A stretch of 64,000 bases of DNA from Chiloscyllium plagiosum (lineage: Eukaryota), in NCBI RefSeq assembly GCF_004010195.1, contig NC_057749.1, positions 14,357,142 to 14,421,141 of the forward strand. Reading direction: 5' to 3'. Positions 38,341 to 51,416 of the stretch are shown here, piece by piece. The position numbers and the translations under genes are program-made. The notes beneath the pieces were generated by a model that was given only the letters and a program-made list of their open reading frames with translations, had not been told where the DNA came from and did no database searches. Each line of letters opens with the position of its first letter. Position 1 is the stretch's first letter.

Positions 38341-38951
38341 TATAGAGTCAGAGATGTACAGCACAGAAACAGATCCTTCGGTCCAGCTCGTCCATGCCGA
38401 CCAGATATTCCAACCCAATCTATTTCCACCTGCCAGCACCCGGCCCATATCCCTCCAAACCCTTCCTATTCATATACCAATTCAGATGCTTTTTAAATGT
38501 TGCAATTGTACCAGCCTTCACCACTTCTTCTGACAGCTCATTCCATGCATGTAGCACCCTCTGAGTGAAAATGTTGCCTCTTAGGTCTCTTTTATATCTT
38601 TCCCCTCTCACCCTAAACCTATGCTGTCTATTTCTGGACTCCCCCACCCCAGGGAAAAGACTTTGTCTATTTATCCTATCCATGCCCCTCATGATTTAAA
38701 AAAACCTCTATAAAGTCACCCCTCAGCCTCCAACGCTCCAGGGAAAACAGCCCTAGCCTATTCAACCTCTCCCTGTAGCTCAAATTCTTCAACCCTGGCA
38801 ATATCCTTGTAAATCTTTTCTTAAATCTTTTAAGTTTCACAACATCTTTCTGATAGGAAGGAGACCAGAATTGCACGCAATATTCCAACAGTGGCCTAAC
38901 CAAAGTCCTGTATAGCCGCAACATGACCTCCCAACTCCTGTACTCAATACA
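38341..38951 (-). mobile_element. CR1 LINE 3' fragment
   Basis: Minus-strand ORFs IEYRSWEVMLRLYRTLVRPLLEYCVQFWSP and GNIFTQRVLHAWNEL. Confidence 0.95.
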
Positions 38952-39250
38952 CATAACACACAGTGGGACAGATGTGATCACTTACCACATCTGTGTAAGT
39001 CAAAATACAAAAAAAACCACAAACATGAGGATCACAAGCTCTGAATAGCTAGCATTATGTGGAATCTGTTGTGGGCTTCTTCTGTTCTTCTGCATATTCC
39101 CAATGTCTTTTTTTTAAATTCCTTATTGTTGGAGGAAATCTTCAATAAGAGCTGTAAAACATTTGTTCAGAAAATATAATTATTGTGATAGAGAAGTGCG
39201 GCATAATAGACAGATTGCCCATGCTGATTGCTAAATAAAGGAGGAGAATT

Positions 39251-39417
39251 GGGAACATGCTCCCTAACATCGTTGTTAGTATAACTACACAAAATGGACT
39301 GCAGCGGTTCAAGAAGGCAGCTCACCTTCACAGGGGAAAGGGGAACTTGCTCCCTAACAGCACTGTAAATATAACTAAACAAAATGGACTCTAGCAGTTC
39401 AAGAGGCAGCTCACCTT
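39251..39417 (+). repeat. Diverged tandem duplication (~90-bp period) of a LINE 3'-end fragment
   Basis: gggaac.tgctccctaaca..aaaatggact..gttcaaga.ggcagctcacctt at 39251-39328 and 39341-39417. Confidence 0.7.
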
Positions 39418-39676
39418 TAATACGGAAAGTGAGAACTGGCAATAAATTCTGGATCAGCCAGCAAAGCCCAGAAAGAATAATCATAAATTACAACACAGGA
39501 ATGCCCCAGATTGTGCATAGCTTGGTGCAAGGATCAGCAGCCTAGTTGAATAAGCGACGGACACCACTGCAGTTGAACCTCTGAATACCAAGATAGAAAA
39601 TGATAATTTTGATGAGAGGCATCTTAACAGATTGAAGCTACAGGTGTTTGTTTTGCCATGTGAAGTTTTTTCTCTA

Positions 39677-41140
39677 CATGGAGTCAGAGATGTACAGCAT
39701 GGAAACAGACCCTCCTGTCCAACCCATCCATGCCAACCAGATATCCCAACTCAATCTAGTCCCACCTGCCAGCACCCGGCCCATATCCCTCCAAACCCTT
39801 CCTATTCATATACCCATCCAAATGCCTTTTAAATGTTGCAATTGTACCAGCCTCCACCACTTCCTCTGGCAGCCCATTCCACACACGCACTACACTCTGT
39901 GTGAAAATGTTGCCCTAAGGTCTCTGTTACATCTTTTCCCTCTCACCCGAAGCCTATGCCCTCCAGTTCTGGACTCCCCCACTGTAGGGAAAAGACCTTG
40001 ATTATTTACCCTATCCATGCCCCTCATGATTTTATGAACCCTCTAGGAGGTCCAATGCTCCAGGGAAAACAGCCCCAGCCTATTCTACCTCTCCATATAG
40101 GTCAAATCCTCCAACCCTGGCAACATTCTTGTAAATTTTTTCTAACCCTTTCAAGTTTCACAACATTCTTCCGATAGGAAGGAGACCACAACTGCATGCA
40201 ATATTCGAACGGCGGCCTAACCAATGCCCTGTACAGCCACAACATGACCTCCCAACTCCTGTACTCAATACTCTGACCAATAAAGGAAAGCATACCAAAC
40301 GCCTTCTTCACTGTCCTAGCTACCTGCAAATCTACTTTCAAGGAGCTATGAACCTGCACTCCAAGGTCTCTTTGTTCAGCAACACTCCCTAGGACCTTAC
40401 CATTAAACATACAAGTCTGCAAAGACATGCTTTCCCAAAATGCAGCACCTCGTATTGATCTAAATTAAGCTCCATCTGCCACTCCTCAGCCCCTCTGATC
40501 AAGATCCCGTTATAATCTGAAGTAACCTTCTTCACTGTCCACTACACCTCCAATTTTGGTGTCATCTGCAAACTTACTAACTATACCTCTTATGCTCACA
40601 TCCAAATCTTTTATATAAATGAAAAGTAGTGGACTCAGCACCGATCCTTGTGGCACTCCACTGGTCACAGGCCTCCAGTTCTGAAAAACAACCCTCTACT
40701 ACTCCCTGTCTTCTACCTTTGAGTCAGTTCTGTTTCCAAACGGCTTGTTCTCCCTGTATTCCATGTGATCTAACCTAGCTAACCAGTCTCCCATGGGGAA
40801 CCTTGTTGAATGTGTTACTGATGTCCATATAGATCACATCTACTGCACTGCCCTCATCAACCTTCTTTGTTACTTCTTCAAAAAACTCAATCAAGTTTGT
40901 GAGACATGATTTCCCATGCACAAAGCCATGTTGACTATCCCTAATCAGTCCTTGCCTTTCCAAATACATGCACATCCTGTTCATCTGGATTCCCACCACC
41001 AACATCAGGCTCACTGGTCTATAGTTCCCTGGCTTATCCTTACCACCTTTCTTAAATAGTGGCACCACATTAGCCAACGTCCAGTTTTCCAGCACCCGTG
41101 ACTATCGATGATACAAATATCTCAGCCAGAGGCCCCACAT
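39677..41140 (-). mobile_element. CR1 LINE, RT through 3' end
   Basis: Minus-strand ORFs WTLANVVPLFKKGGKDKPGNYRPVSL..SQHGFVHGKSCLTNL and ALVRPPFEYCMQLWSP. Confidence 0.95.
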
Positions 41141-41402
41141 CAGGTTTGTTACAATTTTCTCTCAAAATGTTTATGCTGGCTCCTCCCAACTAACCCACAT
41201 TTTTTCATGTGATTATTAATTCTATCCCAAATGTTGACTTCACCAATTTCCTTATCCCATCGCCTCTTCCCCCCAACCTTATCCTGGATCCAACCGTCCA
41301 ATTCAGCACTGCCCTTTCTGTCCATCTTGCTTTCCATCTATCCACTCCATCCTACCGTCTGACCTATCACCATCAGCCCCCACCTGCATCCACCTATCAC
41401 CT

Positions 41403-41502
41403 ACGGCTTCACTTGGAGGTCGCCACTGATGATGTTACCTAGCCAGGTAATGAAATGTCTGGATATCAAACCTACAGCTCAGCGAGCAAACCCACACCCT
41501 AT
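41403..41502 (+). mobile_element. Single-arm hammerhead mini-element (family C) nested in the PLE remnant
   Basis: 11-bp TSD acctatcacct at 41392-41402 and 41503-41513. Homologous to the PLE end at 56215-56310. Confidence 0.8.
41423..41462 (+). ncRNA. Minimal type I hammerhead motif
   Basis: CCA-CUGAUGA-U-GUUACC-uagcca-GGUAAU-GAAA-UG-UC-UGG. Stem I cca/tgg, 6-bp stem II, GUC triplet. Confidence 0.7.
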
Positions 41503-43471
41503 ACCTATCACCTTTCCAGCTACCTCACCCCCTACCTCCAGCCTCCTATTTATCTCTCAGCCCACTTCCCCCCCTCGCCCCCAAACATTCCTGATGAAGG
41601 GCTCATACCCGAAACAAAGATACTTCTCCATCATTGATTGTTGTAATTGCATAAATTGATTGTTGTAATTGCATTTTATTCAACCGCAATATTTCACATT
41701 TGATAACACAGCTAACATACTTGACTTCAGGTTGTAAACTGCAATGAAGTTTAGAAATATTACTGGTACTTATCATTGACATGGAAAGTTTATCTAATGA
41801 GCAGCTGACCCATTTCTATCCAGTGAAGTCCCAATATTCTATCTAAAGCAAGCATTATCAAGAAATGCTGTAATTGACATCAATTTCCTTTCATTAGAGA
41901 AGGAAAAGAAGCAACAGTATGCTGATACTTGGTTGAAAATTTTGCAAGTGCATAAATATAAACATTGAGTATGATCAGATTAACTTAGCAATCTGACAAT
42001 CAAATAATTTTTAAAAAAAAGGTTAGAGCCTTTACTGATTTTTCACTACTTCTAGATTTTATTCTTTCATCAATTTTGGTTTGGAGCAGTGAACTGGGAA
42101 CTGTGAGCTAAATATGACTTTTGAACTGTGGCTAATAGCTTGTGTTAAAAGGGGGAAAAAAAACAAACAAGGTTTTGCTTATTTGACAGACTAAGTCTGG
42201 AAGTTAATTGCAGGTTGGTTTGTGAATCAAAATGCTCTGTAGATGCTTCATCTCCAGGGAACAGCATTATGCTTGAACAGAGAACAGCGGATGGCTATTA
42301 ACAGAACTGATTCCAGTAAGTCTAAAAAAGACGGTTTTCTCAAGAAGGCAGCAGATTTTGAATAGTAAGTGAGAGCTCATGGAAGAGACAGTTAGCCTGT
42401 CAGAGAGGAGCCAGAGTTGGAACTGGTTTTGAAAACGTTTTTTTGTGAAAAAAATACATCTGGCTGTTGGTGCATGAAGATTAGAAAGCTTCTGCCTAAC
42501 CTCCCTTGAGCAATTCTTAGTATTCTATTCTCTAAACTTCCAAGTTTAAGTATTACTATGCTTCTCGGAGTAAATTAAAAAGGTGAGCCAGATCAACATC
42601 TTCAGAAAATCAACCAAAAAACCCCATCGGTGTCTGTGGAACACACATCATGGCAACTACTTAAGTAGTCTGGCCAGTTTTGTTGGTTTTTGTTTTATCC
42701 CTTAACTGTGATTACTTGTCTGTCTGTCCATTCTGTGACCAGAGCGGAAAGATTTTGGGTTTATAGCATAGATCAATTAGGTTGCTTTGTTGTTTCATTT
42801 TTGCTCTGCTAAAGATACTATATCATTAATAAATTGCAAAGTGCTTTGTTTAAGGTACAAGCCAATGTACGGTATTGATTATTCAAAGAGTCTAGATTCG
42901 GCTATTGCAAAGTTTTGTTAGGAACCACTGGGGTCAGTTTTGAGGGCCTTTGAAAGTTTAGTTTTAGCATTTTGTGAATACATAGGTTGAAAGGCTGATT
43001 TGGTTCAGCTGTCTATCTCTATGTCATAACTGACTCATTTCGGTTAAGTACAAGAGAGCACCCAGATTCACAACAAACAAAAAGTCACAGGGAGAGAACA
43101 TTTATTTTAGAAGGGAAGTAATAAAGTCAAATATTTATTGATTTAAATTTTACATGTTCGAAGTCCAAAACTCACTCTCAAAAAAAAATCAGATATTTTG
43201 TGCAACAATTCAAATTGATCTCCAGTTAAATAAAATTCAGATTTGCCCAAATTTCAATACAATTCAGTTAGTCACTAGTTCTTCATGTTCATCGAGCTGA
43301 GTTACTGCCCTCAGTCAATCTGAATGATGCATGGCCCACCCAATCTGTCAAGCAACTTAGTGCTTTTAGTGCATCTGTATTATTTCCATGTCTTATGTCA
43401 TTACAATCATGTCAGGAAGGCCAACTGACAACTTCATGGGCAACAGTGTGAAAAGGATGCATATGATGTTG

Positions 43472-43780
43472 TTTAGATTAGATTAGATTCCCTAAATGTG
43501 GAAACAGGCCCTTCAAGCCCAACAAGTTCACACAGACCCTCCGAAGAGTAACCAACCCAGACCCATTCCGCTACTCCCTACTAATGCACCTATCACTGTG
43601 GACAATTTAGCATGGCCAATTCACCTGATATGCACATTTTTGAATTGTGGGAGGAAACCGGAGTACCCGGAGGAAACCCATGCAGACACGTGGAGAATGT
43701 GCAAACTCCACACAGACAGTCACCCGGGTCCCTGGCGCTGTGAGGCAGCAGTTCTAACTTCTGAGCCACTGTGCCACCCC
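43472..43780 (-). mobile_element. HE1-like V-SINE
   Basis: (ttaga)n tail, V-domain and A-box on the minus strand. Confidence 0.9.
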
Positions 43781-44534
43781 TACTTGTTTGTAGACAAGAC
43801 TGTGGAATTACCACAGAAATTAGATAGAGGCTGGTGCAAAAGCTAGGGTCACCTACTTGGTTTAATTGTCCAATATATGGAAAAGTCAGAAATACGGGAA
43901 AGGTGCTGGATTTTAGATATTCAGCCCACGTTATCCTCCATTTTACAAACAAAGGCAACACACAACGCAAACATAAAGGAAAGATTACAGGCCCTTATTT
44001 TAGTGCATAGGTGGATAATTAACAAAATATAAAGAAAGTACTGAAAATTCATTAAATGTTTAGAATTAAAAATTGAATTTTACATAGTGAAAATTATGCA
44101 TTTTTTTTAAATGCATCTTTCCAGTGAGTTTACATTCTGCAGAATTCCCAATGACAAAAATAATCATAGCCAATTAGTATTTCCTCTCAATTCCAAAAAG
44201 GTCACGGCCAAAAGGATGTTAATTCATCATCACTACACTGGCAGGAAAGAAAGAAAGCATCAAAGTAGAGTCTTATAACTGAATGCAATAGATGTAGAAA
44301 GGGTGTGGTCAAGAAGTAAGCCCTGTGAATACACCTTCATTGTCATCTTTAAACACTGAATGCAATTAAAATTTTAATAATATTCACAATACAATACATT
44401 GATGCTTTCACATTTCATTTTTTTAAAATCAGCAAAAGTTGAAGATTAAAGTTTCCATTGGCTCGTGTAGAATAAAACCCAATGAAGCAGTACCTCTCCA
44501 TTCAATTCATCATTCAGTTCAGCTTTGTCAAGGG

Positions 44535-44652
44535 GATGTAATGCCTGTCAAATCTGTTAGAATTTCTTTGGAGGTGGTTACAAACAAGTTAGCCAAAAGA
44601 GAGCCAGTGGACGTGATCAATTTGACTTTCCAGAGGCTTTTGACAAGATGTT
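44535..44652 (+). mobile_element. Short CR1 RT fragment
   Basis: ..EVVTNKLAKREPVDVINLTFQRLLT resembles FFE.VT...D.G.PVDV.YLDFQKAFD. Confidence 0.6.
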
Positions 44653-45544
44653 GCTGGAGCAATACTGAAAAATACATGTGTCTGGATTTCAAATGAGAGT
44701 ACAATCGAGAATAATTGTGATCGCTGAAGGATGAACAGTTTGCAACATTAATCATCCAGGTTGAAGCATGACAAGTAGTCACCTAAGAAATACACCAATC
44801 AACTGGTATAAATGGAGCAATCGTAAAATTCAGAACTCCATGTGAATAAATTGTGCACACGAGATACATAAGTTGAAAAACCAAGTTAAAGTTGAGGGTA
44901 GAGAATAACGATTACATAATCCTGCAAGAATCAACATTTTCAGAAATGAGGGGAAAAAACTGGGAAACTGAAAATTTCATGACTCTAGACAAAGTAGTAG
45001 GCAATTCCAAGATGATGACACAAAGGTATATGAATGAAAAAAATAAACAGCAGATAATTGCTTTTCTGTCTTACCCCATGAATGCTTTATCATTGCCAAA
45101 ATCCTACACACCTGCAGCTTTAACATCTTCTGCTGTTTTGACACATCACACTTTTCACAAACCCAACATTACCTTTTGCTTCGTTGGGATAATCAGTCTA
45201 CATGAATTCAAATCAAAATTTCTGCAGTGATATTTATCCAATAACATCTTCCAGAAACTGCATATGACCATACACCAAACTCAAAGGTTAAGACTCCAGC
45301 GCACGGCTCAACATGGAAAACAAGCTTGCTCATAAATGAGCAGTTACTTCAAAGTGCCAGAAGATGGTCAGTGCTAAAGGCTCCATAGTATGGCAAAGTC
45401 TTTGGTTTTTAGGGCCTAGAATTTGAAATCACGAACGTAAGTTTTACATTCTTCAGAAGTTTAGTAGCTACAGTTCTCATGGGATAAAATGATAATGCTA
45501 GATACATCTTTAGAAATGAAAAACAATTAAAATTTGTTCAGTAT

Positions 45545-46190
45545 GTTGGCATACTGACTCGGCAAGTGCTTATTGCCCATCCCTAATTGCCCTTGAAAAG
45601 GTGGCAGTGAAATTCCTTCTTGAACTGCTGCAGTCTATGCAGTGTAAGTCAAGTTAGGAGGGAGTTCCAGGACTATGACCCAATTATAAGTTATGTGCAC
45701 AGTTCCAAGACAGAACAGTTTGCAGTGTCCCCTTCTTTTTAGATCCTGATGGACCTTGGTTTGGAAAGTGCTGAAAGACTAGTGAGCTGCTGCAATGTAT
45801 CTTGTAAATGGTACACTCTTGTAAAACCACTGTGCATTGCTGGTGGAAGCAGTGAATGTTTACCGTGGCAGATGTGATACCAGTTGTGCTCATTGCTTTG
45901 TCTTGGATGGTATCAAGCATCTTGAATGTTGTTGGAGCTGCACTCCAGACTTGTACCTTATGGATTTTGGTGCACAGGCTTCGGGGAGTCAGGAGTCAAT
46001 TTACCATGGCAAAATTCCTAATGTTTGACCTACTTTTGTAACCATAATATTTGTATAACTGGTTCAGTTCAATTTCTGATCATTCCTCCACCATCAACAT
46101 CCTGGGAGTGGTCAATCAGTGGTGGCACCATTACTGAACGTCAAGAGGAGAAGGTTTGATTCTCTATTATTGAAGATGATAGCATAACTC
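45545..46190 (-). mobile_element. Non-LTR retrotransposon 3' part (same family as 24810-25850)
   Basis: ttattgcccatccctaattgcccttg..ttgaactgctgcagt..gggagttccagga shared with the 24830-25100 copy. Confidence 0.7.
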
Positions 46191-49100
46191 GTAACAGACA
46201 GCTGTTTAGCATTTCCACAGTTTAGTTTTTTAAAAATATCCTTCACTTCCATTCTATACTCTTAAAAAAAATCATTCTCTTTGCAGAGAAAAATCAAGTT
46301 TTTCAGGATTTCTCACCAAATTCATTTAAGGTAGACGGGCATATAAATAAACAAAACAGTCCAACAGTGTTTCGGAATTGTAGTTCATTGTAGCAACACT
46401 TTGTTAATCTTATAAGTATAACTGTGATTCAGTTGTTACGTTCAATGTTTAAAAACAAAACAATTCAAAACTGTTGAATATTTTCCTCAGAATGTAAAAG
46501 ATGTACAAATCAACCGAAAACTGCTTTTCCCATTGTCCTAGAAAGTGTTTCAGTTTATAAACATTTGGAAAAAATAACTCAAACTGTATTTAAAAGTTCC
46601 CATCATGTATTGTAACTAATGAAACATTCACTGTAATAAGAAAATGTATCCAATGCATTTCAGATGCAGTACAGAAAACAAATACTGAATTTCAAATTGT
46701 GGATTTAAAATTATAATAATTGCTCTGTTGGCAAACACTGTGCATAATTGCATAATGGTGAACAAAAGATCACAGGTTTAATTCTTGGTTTGTGCCAAAC
46801 TAAGGTCACAGTTCACGAAGGATAATGCACTATATATCAAGCCCCACTATTCCTGGGGTAGTCACCAATGTGAAAACGATTCATGAAACTTTCAATGTGC
46901 TCAATTTACCCAACTGACAAGCTCAGATTAAAAGAAAGTGCTCACTAGGTTTCAGTATTTTATATTAAAAAAATCCTCATTTCAAACAGCTTGGTTTTAA
47001 ACCAATGACAGGAAAGAAATAGGAATTGCCAACTTATAATTCCCTATAACTTAAACTCTCCTGCTTTAAAATCCCCCATTCAAACAGACAAACAAGGCAT
47101 GGATACTGAGGGTGGAAAACAATTTACAAAATCATGGAGAAACAACACAAATTTGGGTCACAGGATTTGAGAAGTTGTTTCATTTTGTTCTTTTTCAATT
47201 CTTTGATGTTGACACAATATTGAACTTCAGCATGCAAAAACAATATTTTATTCATTTGGTAAGAATTTTTCCTTTCAATGTTTCTGAAGGAGTTTTATTC
47301 CTCTTTCAATGGGCTATTTGAAGAGAAAGGTGAGTGAAAGCCAAATGGCTGTTACTGAAAACTTCATGGTATTTCCATATAGCGGGGGAGGGGAAGAGAC
47401 AGAGAGAGAGATTTTATACCTTTTCTTGCAGGCTAAATATTTCTCCTACACTGACCCCACACAACCCATGGTCACCTAATCAGGAACCAATGAAAATCTT
47501 GTTGTCAAGCAACTGTCCCCAAGTTCAAAACCCATCAGTCCCATTCTGTCTGCTGTCCCAGGAAAATGCAACAAATTCTCAACATATTCCAGTAGATATA
47601 ATTTTTAAAGCTGTGCAAAGAGATGGTTGCTGTTTCTCTGGTTTAAAGCAGTTTCATCCTTTTTTTAAAGTCCAGAGTCCAAAAGTTAAGGAAATGCAAA
47701 GATGCGATCTTACACTAACCACAGAGGATGAGTGTTGCAAGGAACTCAGGATAATTTTCTTTGGGGTGGAGAGCAGAGAGGAAAGAATCAGCCACTGCTT
47801 TTACTCATAATTGTTGAAAACTGCCTGGCAATGGACATTGATTGGGGACAGAATTAGACTTGATAGTGAATAATTCCTTTTTCCCTCTCCCCTCACTGCA
47901 AAAGACTGTAATGACAATCACAAACGAAGCACCAATCAATGAGAACTAAATCAGTGGGAAATAAAATCATAAAATTAGTCAAAATAATGGCAAATAACAA
48001 AATCACTGACTTCTGGGAAGAGAAATCAACAATTAAAAGTTTTTTTAAAACTTTCAGATTTACTGTGCCACTGTCAGCTTCACAAGAAAAAACGTATATG
48101 GTTGTTTAATTTCTCATTCAAATAGTGTTTAGCATGAGGTTCCTGCAGTTACAAGCACCCTGTCAACAAGGTTGTTTGTTGATTAAAGCCAGTTTCTCCA
48201 ACATTTAAATTAGCTGCAACAGCTAAGTATCATTCCTTCAGGTTTTAATTGTTAGAGATTTTATTTCATTACTTAACACTTTAATCCTTTTTATTTATTT
48301 CTGTATCTGAACTGACACCAAATTCACCATTTTAGTTTAAAATTCCTTATTCAAAGATCGATTACAGTACGTCAAGTCCATGCCAGCTTTCTGGAGAGCA
48401 ATCCAGTCAGTCCTATTCTCCCACTCTATTCCTTTGCAAGTTTGTTTCTCTAGAGTGCCTTAGTTTCCTTTAAAGGTATTGTTCATCCCTGCTTCCGCTA
48501 CCCACAAAGGCATCCACCTCTGTCTCAGATACCCTGGAAAGGTATTGCACATTTTCCATCTCAGTTCCAGAAAACTGAAGGACAAAATATCTTGGAGTCT
48601 GAATAGATTTGGACACGAATAGCTAATGGCAGGCACCATTCTTTACGAAGGTCAAATTACTTTGTAACAAGTTTAGTTACGTCTTTTATAAAGATCAGTT
48701 TTATCAAAACTTTGAATCCTAAGCACTGACTGAAAGTAAGATCTTGAAAAACATTGCAGTTGTTCTTAAAGAAGGAAGTCTTCAATGTTAGAAGACAGAG
48801 ATGGAGGTGTGTCAGTTCAGAGAGTGTTGCTTTTATGATATTTAATTGGAGTTGTTCATTAGCTCAAGCAAATCATTCCAGTTTCCTCTGACCATTCACT
48901 ACATTCCATTATCTATCATTTCTATCACACAGTAGATTGTGTTCCTTACATAACAGTTCAAGACAGCACGCAATAACTTCTTTTATCAGAACAGCATACT
49001 GTAAAAGGAAGTGTTCAAGGCCATTAACAAAGCATTTGAACATCCTGTTACAATGCAAAAATGTTGAAAATTTAAAAACCAATGAATCCAATCATCAGCA

Positions 49101-49269
49101 ATTTTCAGACTGGAAAGGAAAGCCAGAAATGTGAATATGGTACTCAATTAATTTGTTCAGACTTGGAAGTATTTTGAACCTTTCTTAAATACACTTCCAA
49201 AGAGAATTCCTTGCATATCGTAATAACTTAACTGAAAACCAGCATGAAAAATTCACTTGCCTTGAGCAG

Positions 49270-49620
49270 GTAATCCAGGCCAAATCTTCAGTGCAATATT
49301 AAGTGAGCACTGCACTGTCAGAGGTATTATCACACATAAATTGACTTTCAGAAGAATCAACAAAGCCTGCCTTTATCCTCTCTGGATGGGCATAAATTAT
49401 TCCATGGCTGTGCTCAGAAAAAAAAGCATGATAGTCCAGTTCCTGTACAAAAGAAAATCCTCAAACAACACCACTAAAACAAAATATCTGGTCAACATAT
49501 GTTGTTTGTAGAATCTCATTTACAAATTGCTTGCGACATTTTCTTCATTTCAAAACTAAGTTGTGCAGCACCTTGGGAGATCCCAAGGTCATTAAAACCT
49601 CATGAATGCAAATCCTTTCT
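49270..49620 (+). mobile_element. DeuSINE-like (SacSINE1/AmnSINE-type) relic
   Basis: tccaggc...cttcagtgcaatattaagtgagcactgcactgtcagaggt..ctctctggatgggcataaa..ccatggc..caacaccactaaaaca..tatctggtca resembles the Deu domain, with an L2-like tail. Confidence 0.6.
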
Positions 49621-50199
49621 GAAAAGAGAGATGGCAGGCAGATTGATATTTTGAGGAATTGTCTCTTTTTGAGGGCAAAGGGTAAGGTAAGAAACCTCCT
49701 GGTTTCATTTTCCATTTTACTTTCTCAATGAGCTGAACCCTGTCAGTGTTTTGAAGATTCAAAATTCAAACTCAAATTAAAATTAATCCCTCCACTAACA
49801 GCAGACTGTAAAAGCAAGAGGTCAAGGTCATTGTAAAACATTTGAACCTCCTCTTATAAATGTAAGAATGAAGAAAATTTAACTACCAACGAATCCAATC
49901 ATCAGCAATTTTCAGGTGAGAATGTAAGGTGAAATAATGTGGGTTGACTAAGTCGCACTCCACTAATTACAAATTACAGTCTTGAAAATGCCCCCTTAAT
50001 CCCAACTCTTCTTGTAAGGCAATCCTCTATCCATGCTAATATCCTATCTCCAACAGCATGGACTCTTATTTTGTTAAACAGCCTAATATGTGAAAACTGA
50101 ATCTTATGACCAGCACAAGAATGAAGTTACAACGTTGTCCTGGGTTACTTCTTCACCAGGAAGAAAAGAAGGTATCATAACGGACATACGTTTTTTTAC

Positions 50200-50779
50200 A
50201 TTAGATTCCCTAGTGTGGAAACAAGCCCTTCGGCCCAACTAGTCCACACCGACCCTCCGAAGAGTAATCTACCCAGACCCATTTCCGTCTGACTACTGCA
50301 CCTACCACTATGGACAATTTAGCATGGCCAATTCACCTGGCCTGCACATTTTTGGACTGTGGGAAGAAACCAGAAAACCCAGAGAAATCCCACGCAGACA
50401 CGGGTGAATGTGCAAATTCCACACAGACAGTCACTCAAGGTTGGAATCAAACCTGGGACTCTGGTGTGTGAGGCAGCAGTACTAACCACTGAGCCACCGT
50501 ACCACCCCAAGAGTAACTCGCCCAGACCCATTCCCCTCCCCTACATTTACCCCAGACCAATGCACCTAACCTACACATTCCTGAACACTATTGGCAATTT
50601 AGCATGACCAAGTCAATTAACCTGCACAACTTTGGACTGTGGGAGGAAACCAGAGTACCCAGAGAGGAAACCCACACAGACACATGGAGAATATCTGTGT
50701 GGAGTTTGCACAGTCGCCTGAGGCTGGAATTGAACCCAGGTCTCTGGTGCTGTTAGGCAGCAGTGCTAACCACTGAGCC
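50200..50779 (-). mobile_element. Two tandem HE1-like V-SINE copies (50200-50507 and 50508-50779)
   Basis: Two head-to-tail minus-strand copies, each ending in aaccactgagcc. The second has a short internal inversion (tctgtgtggagtttgca at ~50694-50710). Confidence 0.9.
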
Positions 50780-51212
50780 TTCTAGGTTTCATGGGAGTTA
50801 AATTTGCAGATAAATATTGGGAGCACCAAAAAAAAAGTTCCAAGAAAAAAAAATTACTTCCAAGCAGTATTCATAGCATATGGGATAATTGACATACCAG
50901 AAAATGAAGAACTTAATGTTAACAAATTGATGGGATTGTTTAAATACAGGTCATGAACAACAGGTACTAAAAGAGAACTGTAACAAATAGAAATAAGGGC
51001 CAAAATGCTGTTGGAAATTGTGAACAAAGAAAATGTGGGATTTGGAATAAGCAAATAAACCACAGAAAATGCTCCAGGTGTAATCATTGATGTTTCAGGT
51101 GTGATTCAAAATATCACTACACCATGAATTCTCTCAAACACTATAATAAGGCATTTGAAATCAAACATGAAAGAAGATTCAGAGCAAGATAGCAATACAG
51201 ATTAAAGAGAGT

Positions 51213-51416
51213 TGAAAATGTGTTGCTGGAAAAGCGCAGCAGGTCAGGCAGCATCCAAGGAGCAGGAGAATCGACGTTTCGGGCATGAGCCCTTCTTCAG
51301 GCTCATGCCCGAAACGTTGATTCTTCTGCTCCTTGGATGCTGCCTGACCTGCTGTGCTTTTCCAGCAACACATTTTCAGCTCTGATCTCCAACATCTGCA
51401 GTCCTCACTTTCTCCT
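51213..51416. mobile_element. Palindromic hammerhead mini-element (family A)
   Basis: 14-bp TSD agattaaagagagt at 51199-51212 and 51417-51430. Arms meet at ~51300. Minus strand has an intact CTGAAGA-AGGGC-TCAT-GCCC-GAAACGTC (51300-51273). Confidence 0.9.

Larger units (their letters stand above)
41200..41616 (+). mobile_element. PLE 3'/pLTR remnant ending in a truncated hammerhead
   Basis: C-rich tract similar to 15320-15545. Ends attc-ctgatga-aggg-ctcata-ccc-gaaac (41591-41615) without the NUH triplet. Confidence 0.7.

Noticed and set aside
42100..43030. LTR-like composition (also 57400-58250), ending in cataac
   Set aside because: I could not define TG..CA termini or a TSD, so there is too little support to call.
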